DNA of 64,000 nt from Gammaproteobacteria bacterium (GCA_965237805.1 OZ250153.1:864001-928000), one strand, 5' to 3'. Numbered from the stretch's first letter, positions 27,652 to 38,351 are shown. The notes: generated from the sequence alone by a model not told the origin. Translations and numbers: made by a program.

Positions 27652-28893
27652 CTAGCCCGAGTGATGGACGCGATAAACCAACCCGGCGGCGTCGTCGCTG
27701 ATCAGTAGCGAGCCGTCCGGCAACACAGCGACATCGACGGGGCGCCCCCAAGTCTTCTCGCCAGCGCGCAACCAACCTTCGATAAAGATCTCCGGGCTTT
27801 GCGCGCAGCCATCGCGCACCGGGATGAAGGACACACGGTAGCCGACCGGCACGCTGCTGTTCCACGAGCCGTGCTGTGCAAAGAAGATGCCGCCGCGGTA
27901 GCGCTCGGGGAATTGATCGGCGTTGTAAAAGCGCATGCCGAGCGCGGCCGCATGCGCTTGCAGCTCGGCTCGCGGCAACTCGAAGCTGTCGCAGGAGCGG
28001 GCGATGGCCGGGCTGAATTTGGGATCGGCAATGGCGCGGCCATGGCAGAACGGGAAGCCGAAATGCAAGCCCTCGAAGGGTGCCGAATTCAATTCGTCTG
28101 GCGGCAGTGTGTCACCCAACAAGTCGCGGCCGTTGTCGGTAAACCAAAGCACATCGTCATCCGGGTTCCAGTCGAAGCCCACCGTGTTGCGCACGCCGCG
28201 CGCGAAGACCGACAAATCGCTACCGTCGGGGCGCATGCGTAGGATGGAGGCAAAGCGCTCGTCATCCACGCGCAGACAGACATTGCATGGCGCGCCGACT
28301 GGCACATAGAGATAGCCGTCGGGGCCAAAGCGGATGAACTTCCAACCATGGTGGCCATCAATGGGGAGGTCGTCGCGCACGACAACCGGCTCTGGCGGGT
28401 CTTCCAAGCGAGCGGCGATATCGTCGTAGCGCAGGATGCGGGAGATCTCTGCCACATAGAGCGCGCCGTCGTGGTAAGCCACCCCGTTGGGGGACTGCAG
28501 ACCGGTGGCGATGGTCAGCACGCGCTCGGCGCGGAAATCGCCGTTGGCGTCGACCATGGCATAGACATTGCCCTCTTTGCGGGAACCGACGAAGACCACG
28601 CCCTCAGGGCCGGGAGCCAACGAGCGTGCCCCCGGCACATCCAAAGCGTAGAGGCTGAGATGAAAGCCGTAGGGAATCTCGAGGACAGCGATGCGCTGCT
28701 CGACTGCCAGCGCGTGGGATGGGGGATCCAGCGTAGGCACGGAGATGCGCACCGGATGCGGTATCGGCGACGGGGCACCGAAAAAGATGATGGCAAGAGT
28801 CCACACCAAGGCAACCGCGGCTACCAAGCCCGCGATCAAGAACGCATTTTTGCGGTCGGTGACGGGGAAGCGCCTCCTGCTGTGCCCAATCAC
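27652..28893 (-). CDS. PQQ-dependent sugar/sorbosone dehydrogenase family beta-propeller protein
   Basis: HGWKFIRFGPDG.LYVPVGAPCN, GVRNTVGFDW, HGSWN, GRPVDV. Confidence 0.9.
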   Translation of the reverse strand: MIGHSRRRFPVTDRKNAFLIAGLVAAVALVWTLAIIFFGAPSPIPHPVRISVPTLDPPSHALAVEQRIAVLEIPYGFHLSLYALDVPGARSLAPGPEGVVFVGSRKEGNVYAMVDANGDFRAERVLTIATGLQSPNGVAYHDGALYVAEISRILRYDDIAARLEDPPEPVVVRDDLPIDGHHGWKFIRFGPDGYLYVPVGAPCNVCLRVDDERFASILRMRPDGSDLSVFARGVRNTVGFDWNPDDDVLWFTDNGRDLLGDTLPPDELNSAPFEGLHFGFPFCHGRAIADPKFSPAIARSCDSFELPRAELQAHAAALGMRFYNADQFPERYRGGIFFAQHGSWNSSVPVGYRVSFIPVRDGCAQSPEIFIEGWLRAGEKTWGRPVDVAVLPDGSLLISDDAAGLVYRVHHSG

Positions 28894-28973
28894 AGGGAGC
28901 TCCTAGGCAAACACGGTGAATGGCTTGTAATGGACTAGTGTAGCGCGAGCATAGCACCATCCGGTGTCCGCGC

Positions 28974-29918
28974 TCACAGCCGCCGCAACAGCTCCAAGGC
29001 CACCTCGGCCAACGCTTGGCCACGCTCTTCTTGAACAAAGTGACCGGCACCCGCTATCTCCACATGGGGCTGCCCCTGCGCACCGGGCACCCGGTCGCGG
29101 AACACCGCCTCCCAAGCCTTGGTACTTGGGTCACCATCGCTGAAGGCGGTGATGAAGGGGCGTTCCCAACGCTCCAGCACGCGCCATACGGCACGGTTCT
29201 CCACCGTGCCCGGCATGTCCTCACGCACCGGAATCAGTCCGGGAAAGACCAATGCCCCAGCCTTGTAGGCAGCGTCTGGGAAGGGCGCAGCATAGGCTCG
29301 TATCACCGCTTCTGACAGAGGCTGGACGCTGGCTCCGGCAACGATCTTCGCCACCGCCATATCCTCGGCACTGGCCGCGAAATCGACCCAGTTCTGCACC
29401 ATCGCGCCAGGCCAGTCCGCCACGCCACGAGGCGGTGGCTCACAGTTGGGCAACAGGGTGTTGGCGGCGATAACACCGGCGAAGCGCTCGGGCATCGCCG
29501 CCAAGACGCTGAGGCCGATGGGACCGCCCCAGTCCTGACACAGCAACACCACTCGGCTGAGATCCAAAGCCGAGACGAACTGGCGTATCCAGTCGATATG
29601 GCGCCGATAGCTGTAGTCTGAGCGCTGCCGCAATTTGTCGGAGCGGCCGAAGCCGATGTGGTCGGGTGCCACGGCGCGGAAGCCAGCCGCCGATATCGCC
29701 GCCAGCTGCCTGCGCCAGGCGAAGCTCCAGCTGGGCTCTCCGTGCAGCATCAAAACGGTCAGGGAATCCTCAGGGCCAGCGTCCACATAATGCATCCGCA
29801 GGGGGCCAAAATCCGGGTCGGCCAGCTCGAGATAGCAGGGGCGGTAATCGAAGTCCGGCAAGCCCTCGAAACGCTCATCGGGGGTACGCAGAGCAGCCGC
29901 CGAAAGAGCGCTGTCCAT
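28974..29918 (-). CDS. Haloalkane dehalogenase
   Basis: LRTPDERF, HGEPSWS, QDWGGPIG nucleophile motif, GHFVQEE. Confidence 0.92.
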   Translation of the reverse strand: MDSALSAAALRTPDERFEGLPDFDYRPCYLELADPDFGPLRMHYVDAGPEDSLTVLMLHGEPSWSFAWRRQLAAISAAGFRAVAPDHIGFGRSDKLRQRSDYSYRRHIDWIRQFVSALDLSRVVLLCQDWGGPIGLSVLAAMPERFAGVIAANTLLPNCEPPPRGVADWPGAMVQNWVDFAASAEDMAVAKIVAGASVQPLSEAVIRAYAAPFPDAAYKAGALVFPGLIPVREDMPGTVENRAVWRVLERWERPFITAFSDGDPSTKAWEAVFRDRVPGAQGQPHVEIAGAGHFVQEERGQALAEVALELLRRL

Positions 29919-29940
29919 ATCAATAGCTCCGGGCTCGGGC

Positions 29941-31194
29941 TCAGCTGGCCGCTGCGCTTGGCGCGTACTGACTCGGCAAGCGCAGAAACAGCAGCAACAC
30001 CGCGACAGCGGCACTCAGGTAGAGGTAGCTTTGGAAGGCGAGTTGGTAACTGCCCGTGCTGTCATAGCACCATGGCACGAAGAAGATGCCGATCAGGTTG
30101 GGTGGCATCAGCACCACGCTCTGCAAACCCATCACTTGGCCGAGGGACTCGCTACCGTAGCACTCGGCGAGGAGCGCACCCCACAGCGGCAACAGGCCGC
30201 CGAGGGCGGCACCGAAAATCATCGCGCCGACAACCAGGCCAGCGAAGCCCGGCGCACGCATTAGGATCAGCAGGAATATTGCCAGCATGGCAATGGCTGC
30301 CCACATCAACAAGCGCTTGTCGATGCGGTCGGAGACGGTGCCAAACACCAGCTTGCCAGCGATGCCGCACAGCGACAGGATGGAGATCAACAGCGCCCCG
30401 CGCTGAGCCCCCACGCCGAACTCGGAGACGATGGGCACCAAATTGGGAATGGTGCTGCCAGCCATCGCCATCATCGTACCGATGGCGAGGCCAATGACCC
30501 AAAAATTGGAGTCGTGAGCGAGCCGTGCGAAGGTCCAGCCGCCCGGCGGCAGCCCGGTGGGCGGCGGCGGTTCGTCTGCGCCGTCCTCATGCAAACCGAT
30601 ATCGGAGGGCTGGTTATGGATAACCCACCAAATCGTCGGTGGCACCACCACGAGCAGCACAATACCGCTGGCGATCAGCGCCCCGCGCCAACCCCAAGCA
30701 ATGATGGCAGCGGCGATCAGCGGCGGCGCGATGAAGCCGCCGATAGAGGTGCCGACGGCGCTCAGACCGAAGGCGCGGCCACGCATGCGAGCAAACCACG
30801 CGGAGACCAGCTTGGAAGCGGGGACGGGGCCCAGCCCCAGCATGCCCGCCGCGGAACCCAACACGAAGAGCAGACCGATGGCCGGGAGCCACGAGAGCAA
30901 CCCCATGACGATGTAAGACAGGCCCATGCTGGCAGCCCCCAGCACCATAACGATACGGATCGGGTTGCGATCAAGGACGCGACCGATGAAAGGCGCGACG
31001 GCAGCGGTGATGAACATCTGGCCGATCAGGCCGAGCGACAAGGTGCTGCGCGAGACGCCAAACTCCACGATCAGCGGCTCTTGAAACAGGCCGAAGACAT
31101 AGCTGGTCAAGCCGACGGCAAAGCTCTGAGTGAGCATGACTGTGGCGACGATGCGCCAGCCGTAGAAAAAGTGTGCAGAGGCGTGTGAATTCAT
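29941..31194 (-). CDS. MFS transporter (MCT/OFA-like)
   Basis: FYGWRIV start, about 12 hydrophobic helices, GRVLDR, WFARMRGRAFG, G.VSDR. Confidence 0.92.
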   Translation of the reverse strand: MNSHASAHFFYGWRIVATVMLTQSFAVGLTSYVFGLFQEPLIVEFGVSRSTLSLGLIGQMFITAAVAPFIGRVLDRNPIRIVMVLGAASMGLSYIVMGLLSWLPAIGLLFVLGSAAGMLGLGPVPASKLVSAWFARMRGRAFGLSAVGTSIGGFIAPPLIAAAIIAWGWRGALIASGIVLLVVVPPTIWWVIHNQPSDIGLHEDGADEPPPPTGLPPGGWTFARLAHDSNFWVIGLAIGTMMAMAGSTIPNLVPIVSEFGVGAQRGALLISILSLCGIAGKLVFGTVSDRIDKRLLMWAAIAMLAIFLLILMRAPGFAGLVVGAMIFGAALGGLLPLWGALLAECYGSESLGQVMGLQSVVLMPPNLIGIFFVPWCYDSTGSYQLAFQSYLYLSAAVAVLLLFLRLPSQYAPSAAAS

Positions 31195-31198
31195 AGTG

Positions 31199-31621
31199 CT
31201 ATGTCCGCTGTATGGTGTGATGCCCCACAGCATTAGCTGGCGGGATGAAGTTCTGCTGCGGGCTATGGCGATGCGGCAGACGCAACAGTAGCACCAGCAC
31301 TACAACCACAGCGCTGATCTTCAGATAAGTGTTGCAGGCCAGATCGTAGCTGCTCATGCTATCGAAGCACCATGCCACAAACAGCGCCCCCAAGATATTG
31401 GGTGGTAATAGTAAAGGGCTCTGCAAGCCCATGACTTGGCCAAAGGACTCGCTACCGTAGCACTCGCCGATCAGCGCCCCCCACAGCGGCAACAGACCGC
31501 CAAGGGCAAAGCCGAAGACATAGCTGGGGAGGCCGATGTTGAGGCCTTGGCTGAGCATCACCGTGGCGACAATCCACCAGCCGTAGAAGATGCGGGGAGG
31601 CGTGGGGGAAGCGGTGTTCAT
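31199..31621 (-). pseudogene. Internally deleted tandem paralog of the adjacent MFS gene
   Basis: N-terminal FYGWWIV..SYVFG joined in frame to C-terminal ALGGLLPLWGAL..ECYGSES.GQVMGLQS; middle helices missing. Confidence 0.85.
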
Positions 31622-31716
31622 CACAATTGCCCCTTTTTAGATGGTGGCAATACACGCGACAGTGCCAGCCACTGAGATCGCCACCAAGAAGCGATATATG
31701 GTCGATGCGGGGGCAG

Positions 31717-32628
31717 CTAGCCCACCAACCAGTCTGGGTGCAGCGTCTCGACCATACGGCGTATGCCGTCGCGCCATGGCACTTGCGCCGGCCCGACCAG
31801 CTGCTGCATGCGTTGGTTGGAACTCATCACGCTGTCAATGGTCTGGTCGGTCTCCTCGAATGCCGGTGCCAATCCCGTCAGCTCGCCCAAATAGGCACAC
31901 CACTCTTGGATCGCCACATGTTCCTGCCCGCACCAATTGATGGTCGGGGCTGGCACGCTGGCCGCCGCCAGCATCCCCGGCACAGTGCGGCAGATGTCGT
32001 CCTCGTGAAACAGCGTGTAGCGCGACGGGGTGGTGGTGTGCACCGGGATCGGCACCCCTTCTTTCATCATCAGCAGGTGGAAGTAGGGCCAGCCACCCGA
32101 GCTGCCATAGGGCGCGTTGAGGCGGGCGATGATCGTCGGCAACTCATAGACGCGGGCGGCGAAGCGGGCCACCGTCTCGGCTGTGATCTTGGCGATGCTG
32201 TAAGTCGGCATCATGACGCGATGGTTGTCGCCGAGCGGGCTGTCCTCGCTGAACTCGGTGTGACCAGCAGCCTCGTAGACACCAGTGGTCGAACAATGTA
32301 AGAATGCCTTGGCGCGCTGGCAATGGCGCATCAACAGGCCGACACCCTCGCCATTGGCCCGCAACGCAGTGTCGAAGTCCGGTGGTTTGGCAACCCCAAA
32401 ATTTAACACATAGTCGAAGTCTTGTGGCAGCGAGGAAAAATCCCCGGCATCAAAATCGGAGGGCTCGCAGCGGATACCGCGCTCCTCCAGCTGCTGACGT
32501 TTGTCAGCATCCTTAAAACGAGCCGTGGCCCAAACCTCATTGGCAGCTGCCAATGAGACGGTAACTGGGCCGGCAACTTGGCCGGTGGCACCGGTAATAA
32601 GAACCTTCTGTCCAGCGAGTACTGGCAT
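31717..32628 (-). CDS. NAD-dependent epimerase/dehydratase (extended SDR)
   Basis: ITGATGQV, CSTTGVY, YSIAK. Confidence 0.88.
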   Translation of the reverse strand: MPVLAGQKVLITGATGQVAGPVTVSLAAANEVWATARFKDADKRQQLEERGIRCEPSDFDAGDFSSLPQDFDYVLNFGVAKPPDFDTALRANGEGVGLLMRHCQRAKAFLHCSTTGVYEAAGHTEFSEDSPLGDNHRVMMPTYSIAKITAETVARFAARVYELPTIIARLNAPYGSSGGWPYFHLLMMKEGVPIPVHTTTPSRYTLFHEDDICRTVPGMLAAASVPAPTINWCGQEHVAIQEWCAYLGELTGLAPAFEETDQTIDSVMSSNQRMQQLVGPAQVPWRDGIRRMVETLHPDWLVG

Positions 32629-32810
32629 GTGTTACCCCCTGCTGTGATCGGTGTGCGGCCAACCCCCGAGTACCAAGCGATCGGTGCGCAGAGAACCAAG
32701 GGCAACACGTCTGGCAGCATGATACCACTAGCATGGGAGATGGCAATGACCATTGCCCCACGCCACGATTAGCGCTATAGTGAGAGGCTGGCAAACGACG
32801 ATGAGAGGCG

Positions 32811-33476
32811 ATGACAGATATGTTGCGCATCAACGATCCGGCACCCGATTTCAGCGCCCAAACCACGCAGGGTGAGATCCGGTTTCACCAGTGGATTGGC
32901 GACAGTTGGGCCATCCTGTTCTCACATCCCAAGGACTTCACGCCGGTGTGCACCACCGAGCTCGGTTATGTGGCGCACCTGGTACCAGAATTCACCCGCT
33001 GCAATTGCAAGGTCATCGGCCTCAGCGTCGACCCGCTGGACAACCACACAGCATGGGCCAATGACATCGAGGAAACCCAAGGTGCCAAAGTGAGCTTCCC
33101 GATCATCGCCGACACCGACATGGCTGTGGCCAAGGCCTACCACATGCTACCGGCCAGCGAGACAGGCGATTCCGAGGGACGCACGGCAGCCGACAATGCC
33201 ACCGTGCGCTCGGTGTTCATCATCGGTCCGGACAAGCGCATCAAGCTGATACTGGTCTACCCGATGACAACCGGGCGCAACTTCGACGAAATCCTGCGGG
33301 TGCTGAACTCCATGCAGCTGACGGCCAAGCACCAAGTCGCTACGCCAGCAAACTGGCAGGACGGCGACGATGTGATCATCGTGCCTTCGGTCAGCGACGA
33401 GGAGGCGACGGCCAAATATCCTGCTGGCTTCAAGACGATCAAGCCTTATCTACGCTTGGTCAAGCAACCGGACTAG
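32811..33476 (+). CDS. 1-Cys peroxiredoxin (Prx6)
   Basis: FSHPKDFTPVCTTE, YPMTTGRNFDE, ATPANW. Confidence 0.96.
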   Translation: MTDMLRINDPAPDFSAQTTQGEIRFHQWIGDSWAILFSHPKDFTPVCTTELGYVAHLVPEFTRCNCKVIGLSVDPLDNHTAWANDIEETQGAKVSFPIIADTDMAVAKAYHMLPASETGDSEGRTAADNATVRSVFIIGPDKRIKLILVYPMTTGRNFDEILRVLNSMQLTAKHQVATPANWQDGDDVIIVPSVSDEEATAKYPAGFKTIKPYLRLVKQPD

Positions 33477-33515
33477 ACGCGCTTTCCGGGGCGGCTCTGC
33501 CGCGCCCCAGCCACG

Positions 33516-34514
33516 CTACTCGGCGGCAGCCAGCAAGGGCGTGATGACCTGCTTCACATAGAGCCGCAGGCACTCCCAGCCCTGCTCCAAGGGCATGCCG
33601 CCGACCAACGGGTGCAGACAAAACAACTGGCGCGGGCGCTCGCGGTGGCGTTGCAGGCAGGCTTGCGGCGACAAGATCTCGTAGTGCCCCTCCGCACGCA
33701 CCGCCGCGATGGAATCGGCGCTCATCGCCAGTGGTCGTCGGGTGTTCGCGGCGGCACCCCAGCTGCTGTACTCCGTCACCTCATGCAACAAATACTGGCC
33801 GAGCTCGTCCCAAGCGCGCTCGGGATCCTCGTGCACAAAGAGGAAGGAAACATCACCGGACGGCGCGTAGACAAAGCCCTCTTGGCCGTGCTCGCTCAGC
33901 TGCTCGTAGTAGTAGCTATCCAGCTCCGGTAGGATTTTCGGTGGCGCGAAGGGCAGGCCGAAACGGGCGGCACGACGGGCGGCAGGTCTGCTCATGCCAG
34001 CCACCATGAACAGCGGGTGCGGTCGGGTGTAGGGCTTGGGCGTCACATTGATGGTCTGGCCCTTGTAGTCGAAGGGCGCATCGCCCCAAGCGGCGAGCAA
34101 GGTCTCCAACACATGGTCCATCCACGCGCCGCGGCCGACAAAGGGCTTGTTGGCGATATGGTATTCCAGCTCTCGGTAGCCCATGCCAGCGATGACCGCC
34201 AAGCGCCCCCGGCTGAGCAGATCCACCACGGCAATGTCCTCGGCGACCCGCACTGGGTCGTAGAGCGGTGCCAGCAGTGCCATGATGCTGATGCGAATGC
34301 GCTCGGTGCGCACCGCAATGGCGGCGGCCATTGTCAACGGCGAGGGTAGCCAGCCGCTCGCCGTCACATGGTGCTCCTCCAGATTGATGCTGGGGATGCC
34401 ATGCCGGTCGGCGTAGACCGCCATCTCGACAGCGGCCCGGTAACGCTCTGAGCGCAGCTCGGGATCGCTCACCGCCCCGGTCATATTGATGCGCAAATTG
34501 CATTGCACGGCCAT
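33516..34514 (-). CDS. LLM-class flavin-dependent oxidoreductase (paralog A)
   Basis: EEHH...GWLPSP, DPVRVAEDIAVVDLLSRGR, LHPLVGG. Confidence 0.92.
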   Translation of the reverse strand: MAVQCNLRINMTGAVSDPELRSERYRAAVEMAVYADRHGIPSINLEEHHVTASGWLPSPLTMAAAIAVRTERIRISIMALLAPLYDPVRVAEDIAVVDLLSRGRLAVIAGMGYRELEYHIANKPFVGRGAWMDHVLETLLAAWGDAPFDYKGQTINVTPKPYTRPHPLFMVAGMSRPAARRAARFGLPFAPPKILPELDSYYYEQLSEHGQEGFVYAPSGDVSFLFVHEDPERAWDELGQYLLHEVTEYSSWGAAANTRRPLAMSADSIAAVRAEGHYEILSPQACLQRHRERPRQLFCLHPLVGGMPLEQGWECLRLYVKQVITPLLAAAE

Positions 34515-34527
34515 GGTGGCAGCCACC

Positions 34528-35529
34528 TCAGACCCCGCGCTCGGCCAGCAAGGGCTGCAACACCTGCTCGGTGTAGAGCCGCAGGCACTGCCAGCCACGC
34601 TCTAAGGGCATGCCACCAACCAGCGGATGGAGGGCGACGAAGAGCTCGGGGCGCTCGCGGTGACGCCGCAGGCACTCCTGCGGTGTGAGGATCTCGTAGC
34701 GCTTCTCCTCGCGCAAGGCCTCGACGGTATCGCCGCCGAGCGACAGCGGACGCTGGACGCCTGCCCGCGCCCAGCTGCTGTACTCCACCACCTCGTTCAT
34801 GAAGTGGTGGCCGAGTTCGGCCCATGCGCGATCTGGATCCTCGTCGACGAACCACACCGAGAAATCCTCGGGCGGCGAGAACACGAAGCCGCCCTCTTGA
34901 CCGTGCGCCGCCAGCTGCTCGTAGTAATAGGCCTCCAGCTCCGGCATGGCGACTGGCGGCGCGAAAGGCAGGCCGAGGCGGGCGGCACGGCGGGCGGCAG
35001 GCTTGCTCATCCCCCCCACCAAGAACATCGGATGCGGTCGGGTATAAGGCTTTGGCGTCACGTCAATAGTCTGCCCCTTGTAATCGAAAGGCGCATCCCC
35101 CCACGCTGCGAGCAGCGTCTCCAACACATGATCCATCCATGCCCCGCGCTCGGCGAAAGGCTTGTTGGCGATGTGATACTCCACTTCGCGATAACCCATG
35201 CCAGCGATGAAACTCAGCCGCCCCCGGCTGAGCAAATCTACCACAGCGATATCTTCAGCCAATCGCACCGGATCATAGAGCGAGACCAACAATGCCATGA
35301 TGTTGATATTGGTGCGCTCGGTGCGCACCGCGACGGCGGCGGCCATCGTCAGCGGCGATGGCAACCAACCGTTGGTCGCCACGTGGTGTTCTTCTAGATT
35401 GACGCTGGCAAAGCCGTTCTGGTCGGCGTAGGCTGCCATCTCCATGGCGCTCTGGTAGCGCTGCGCACGTGCCTCTGGATCGCGCTCGGAACCCGTCATA
35501 TTGAGGCGTAAATTGCTGTTGACCGGCAT
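34528..35529 (-). CDS. LLM-class flavin-dependent oxidoreductase (paralog B)
   Basis: Same motifs; closely similar to paralog A along its length. Confidence 0.92.
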   Translation of the reverse strand: MPVNSNLRLNMTGSERDPEARAQRYQSAMEMAAYADQNGFASVNLEEHHVATNGWLPSPLTMAAAVAVRTERTNINIMALLVSLYDPVRLAEDIAVVDLLSRGRLSFIAGMGYREVEYHIANKPFAERGAWMDHVLETLLAAWGDAPFDYKGQTIDVTPKPYTRPHPMFLVGGMSKPAARRAARLGLPFAPPVAMPELEAYYYEQLAAHGQEGGFVFSPPEDFSVWFVDEDPDRAWAELGHHFMNEVVEYSSWARAGVQRPLSLGGDTVEALREEKRYEILTPQECLRRHRERPELFVALHPLVGGMPLERGWQCLRLYTEQVLQPLLAERGV

Positions 35530-35619
35530 GCCGCCACTCCGTGCATCGCTTGGGAAAACCATATTTATGGTACAGTGTGCGACCCTAGTCTTGGCACTCT
35601 GCTGTGAGGTGGTGCCTCA

Positions 35620-36144
35620 ATGTCGGCGATAATCTGTGCACGCGATTTCGCCAAGGCGAACCCTGCCTTGTTCGGTGTGGCCTCGGCAGCAATCGGGCTG
35701 TTAACTGGCTTAGCTCTCAGCTACTACTTCCCGCTACAACCTACTTTTATTGCACCTGCCGATGTCGTGCCACCGCCCGCGCCGCTGACGCGGGAGGAGC
35801 ACATCGCCAGCGCACACTATCAAGTGGTCTTCCGTCGCGACCTCCCCGGCTCAGACGACACCCACTGGGGAGAGGGTCAGCTGTACATCAGCGCCGACCG
35901 ACTGGTCTTGGATGGGAATCTCTCATGGGGACCAGATATGCGGATCTATCTATCCCCCCGCTATGTTGTGGATGAAGCACAGTTTCGCCGCATCAAGGCG
36001 CAGGCGGTGCAGGTCTCCCTCGTCAAACACTTTGTAGACTTCTCCTATCCCCTGCCACAGGGCATTGATGTTGGTGACTACGCTGCAGTCGTGGTCTGGT
36101 GCGAGCGTGTCAGTCGCTTCATCACTGCCGGGCGAATTTACTAA
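35620..36144 (+). CDS. DM13 domain protein
   Basis: N-terminal TM, HWGEG, GPDMRIYLS, VVVWCER. Confidence 0.85.
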   Translation: MSAIICARDFAKANPALFGVASAAIGLLTGLALSYYFPLQPTFIAPADVVPPPAPLTREEHIASAHYQVVFRRDLPGSDDTHWGEGQLYISADRLVLDGNLSWGPDMRIYLSPRYVVDEAQFRRIKAQAVQVSLVKHFVDFSYPLPQGIDVGDYAAVVVWCERVSRFITAGRIY

Positions 36145-36255
36145 GCTACAACTGGCGCGACTCGACACGAAGCCAAGCAATAGGGGCAGGTGGGCAAGTG
36201 CATGCTCCCGCCGAATAGAAGACCATTGAGATGGCAAAAACGCCAGGAAAATACT

Positions 36256-36828
36256 GTGGACCATGTGATTGATCCCCGCAAGAATTGGGCGCTGGCCGAG
36301 CGACAACTCGCCGATGAGCGCGACCCGCGCCGCCGCCAAATCTTGGAGACGGTGATCGCACACTCCAAAGCCGAAGCCAAAGCCGACTTCGAGGCGCTGA
36401 TGACCACGGTGTCGCCGTGCGCGCACTATCACAGCTACGCCGTCTACGGCGACACCGAGGCCACCGCTGCCAATAGCCCGCAAGGCAAAGACGGCGTCGC
36501 CGCCTACTATCAAGGCATCGTCAGCTCTGGCTGCAACCACATCGAACACGCCGTGGAACGCATGGCTGTCGGGCGCGACAGCCTGACCACTGAGGGCGAG
36601 ATGAAGATGGCATACCCGGGCAGTGTGCTCGACATGATGGGCATCAAAGTGCCAGCTCTCGGGGCTCTCTACCTCTACGAGCAACGCTTGCTGATCGTCT
36701 GGGATTTCGATGAGGACGGCCTCGTGATCTGCGAGGACAGCTATTCCGGCGGCGGTCGCGGCTTCGACGACATCGCTGAACACCCGCTATCGCCAAATCA
36801 GATCTACCAAGTGGCGGCAGGTGCCTAG
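36256..36828 (+). CDS. SnoaL/NTF2-like protein
   Basis: H..AE...D.EALM.T, G.DGVAAYY, W.FDEDG....EDSY. Confidence 0.75.
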   Translation: MDHVIDPRKNWALAERQLADERDPRRRQILETVIAHSKAEAKADFEALMTTVSPCAHYHSYAVYGDTEATAANSPQGKDGVAAYYQGIVSSGCNHIEHAVERMAVGRDSLTTEGEMKMAYPGSVLDMMGIKVPALGALYLYEQRLLIVWDFDEDGLVICEDSYSGGGRGFDDIAEHPLSPNQIYQVAAGA

Positions 36829-36971
36829 CAGGAGATGCGGCCATGCTGTCAGCCCACACCACTTGCCAACAAGCGACAGCTGTGCTATTTTCACAGACTA
36901 TCAACCTGAGGAGCGGTAATAGGCCGTCTTAAACAATTGATCACGATCTCTACCAGAGTGGCTACAACATC

Positions 36972-37808
36972 ATGGCGCTAATCGATGGCATCGCCATGGA
37001 GCTGCGGGCAGCCGCCCGCGATGCAAAAATGGCTCGCGGGCTGATCTACGCCATGGTGCTGGATGCAGACGAAGGCATGCGTACGCGCCAACTGCAAGGC
37101 ATTGAAGAAGAAGCGGACGTCGGTATCGCCGAGTCAGTGCGCCAGCTGTACCCCCTGCTGGCAAACATCAACCCCCTGCAACGCATCGTCTTGGTTGAAG
37201 AAGCCCTGAGTGCGCTGAAAAAACTGCCGATGCCAGCACATCAACGCTTTTCAGAATATTTGGTAGCGCTGAGCGAATCTGATCTGCAGATCACACTGTT
37301 CGAGTGGGTGTTGCATCAAATCGTGCTACAGGGGCTGACACCACGTGCTGACAGTTCCCCAAACCGAACGCTCGCCACGGCCACTAAAAGCATTGTCACA
37401 CTGTTGTCGACGCTGGCCAACCATGGTGGCGACATGCCCCCGACGGGGCCAGGAAATGGTGCTGGAATGCGGTCAAAGACGGCGATGGATAAAATGCAGA
37501 CGACGTTGGCGCGACAGGCTTTTGCGCAGGGGTGCCAAGCACTTGACATCCAAGAGGAGCTGGATGATAGTCCGGATCCCGACTACCTGCGCCTGAGCCA
37601 TGCCATACGAGATCTTCGCGAATTGCCTCAAGAGCTGCAAGAAAAGGTGCTAGATGCCTGCGCCACTATCGCGCTCGCCGACGCGCAGCTGGCCGGTGAC
37701 GAAGTCGCCCTGCTGTACGCTTTCGCCACCGCCCTCAATTGCCCCTTGCCGAACTCGATCGCTCAGGCCGTCAAGGCACTGGACAACACCGCAGGCGCTC
37801 CCGCCTGA
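36972..37808 (+). CDS. Isolated C-terminal region of a LemA-associated M48/HtpX-like peptidase (no HEXXH; probable remnant)
   Basis: ARGLIYAMVLD, LVEEALSALKKL, ESDLQITLFEW, ADAQL...E..LL...A.ALNCPLP pattern; lemA remnant nearby. Confidence 0.6.
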   Translation: MALIDGIAMELRAAARDAKMARGLIYAMVLDADEGMRTRQLQGIEEEADVGIAESVRQLYPLLANINPLQRIVLVEEALSALKKLPMPAHQRFSEYLVALSESDLQITLFEWVLHQIVLQGLTPRADSSPNRTLATATKSIVTLLSTLANHGGDMPPTGPGNGAGMRSKTAMDKMQTTLARQAFAQGCQALDIQEELDDSPDPDYLRLSHAIRDLRELPQELQEKVLDACATIALADAQLAGDEVALLYAFATALNCPLPNSIAQAVKALDNTAGAPA

Positions 37809-37984
37809 GGGACGGCGGGCGACTGATGGCGGCCCCTTAGCGGCCAGCCAGTAGCTCGAGCCGCAAAACCAGCCACAGTGCCGCCAGCTGCCACCCGTGC
37901 CGGCTGGTGCAGGGTCGGGCTGTGGCGTGCGATATAGGCATCCGAATAGCGCGGCATGGCGGGCGATAACGGTGTCTGCGGGAG

Positions 37985-38080
37985 CGCTTGCCCAAGCACG
38001 GCATTTGTGCTATGTTGCCGCTGGGTTGCGGCGCGAGCTGCACAGTGCGTGGAGGTAGCAATGAGCATCAGTGTGGCCGT
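37985..38080 (+). repeat. Degenerate ~96-bp direct repeat of the mhpF upstream region, RBS and start (second copy 39575-39671)
   Basis: CGCTTGCCCAA.CACGG...TGTGCTATGTT...TTGCGGCGCGAGC...GTGCGTGGAG.TAGCAATGAGC.TCAGTGTGGCCGT shared by both copies. Confidence 0.9.
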
Positions 38081-38082
38081 CA

Positions 38083-38351
38083 GGCGCGATTCTCTGGGTG
38101 ATCGCCAGCTGCAACAAGCTGGTTTTGTTGATCAATCACATCACAAATGGCTTTGGCCAGATCGAAGTACAGTCCAAGCGGCGCTACGATCTCATCCCCA
38201 ATCTGGTGGAGACGGCCAAGGGCGACTTGTCCCACGAACAGGAGACTCTGGAAAATGTCATCTAGGCACGCAATCAGGCTTCGGCAGGCTTGGCGGCGGC
38301 GGCAAAAAACCCAACGGATTCCGGTGCCATCAAGGGTTTGGCCAGCGCTGA
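38083..38351 (+). pseudogene. lemA: lemA fragment
   Basis: QIEVQSKRRYDLIPNLVETAKG..SHEQETLENVI*ARNQA; in-frame TAG, truncated. Confidence 0.85.

Noticed and set aside
33488-33512. GC hairpins between convergent genes (also ~9061-9081)
   Set aside because: Imperfect stems without U-tracts; not called as terminators
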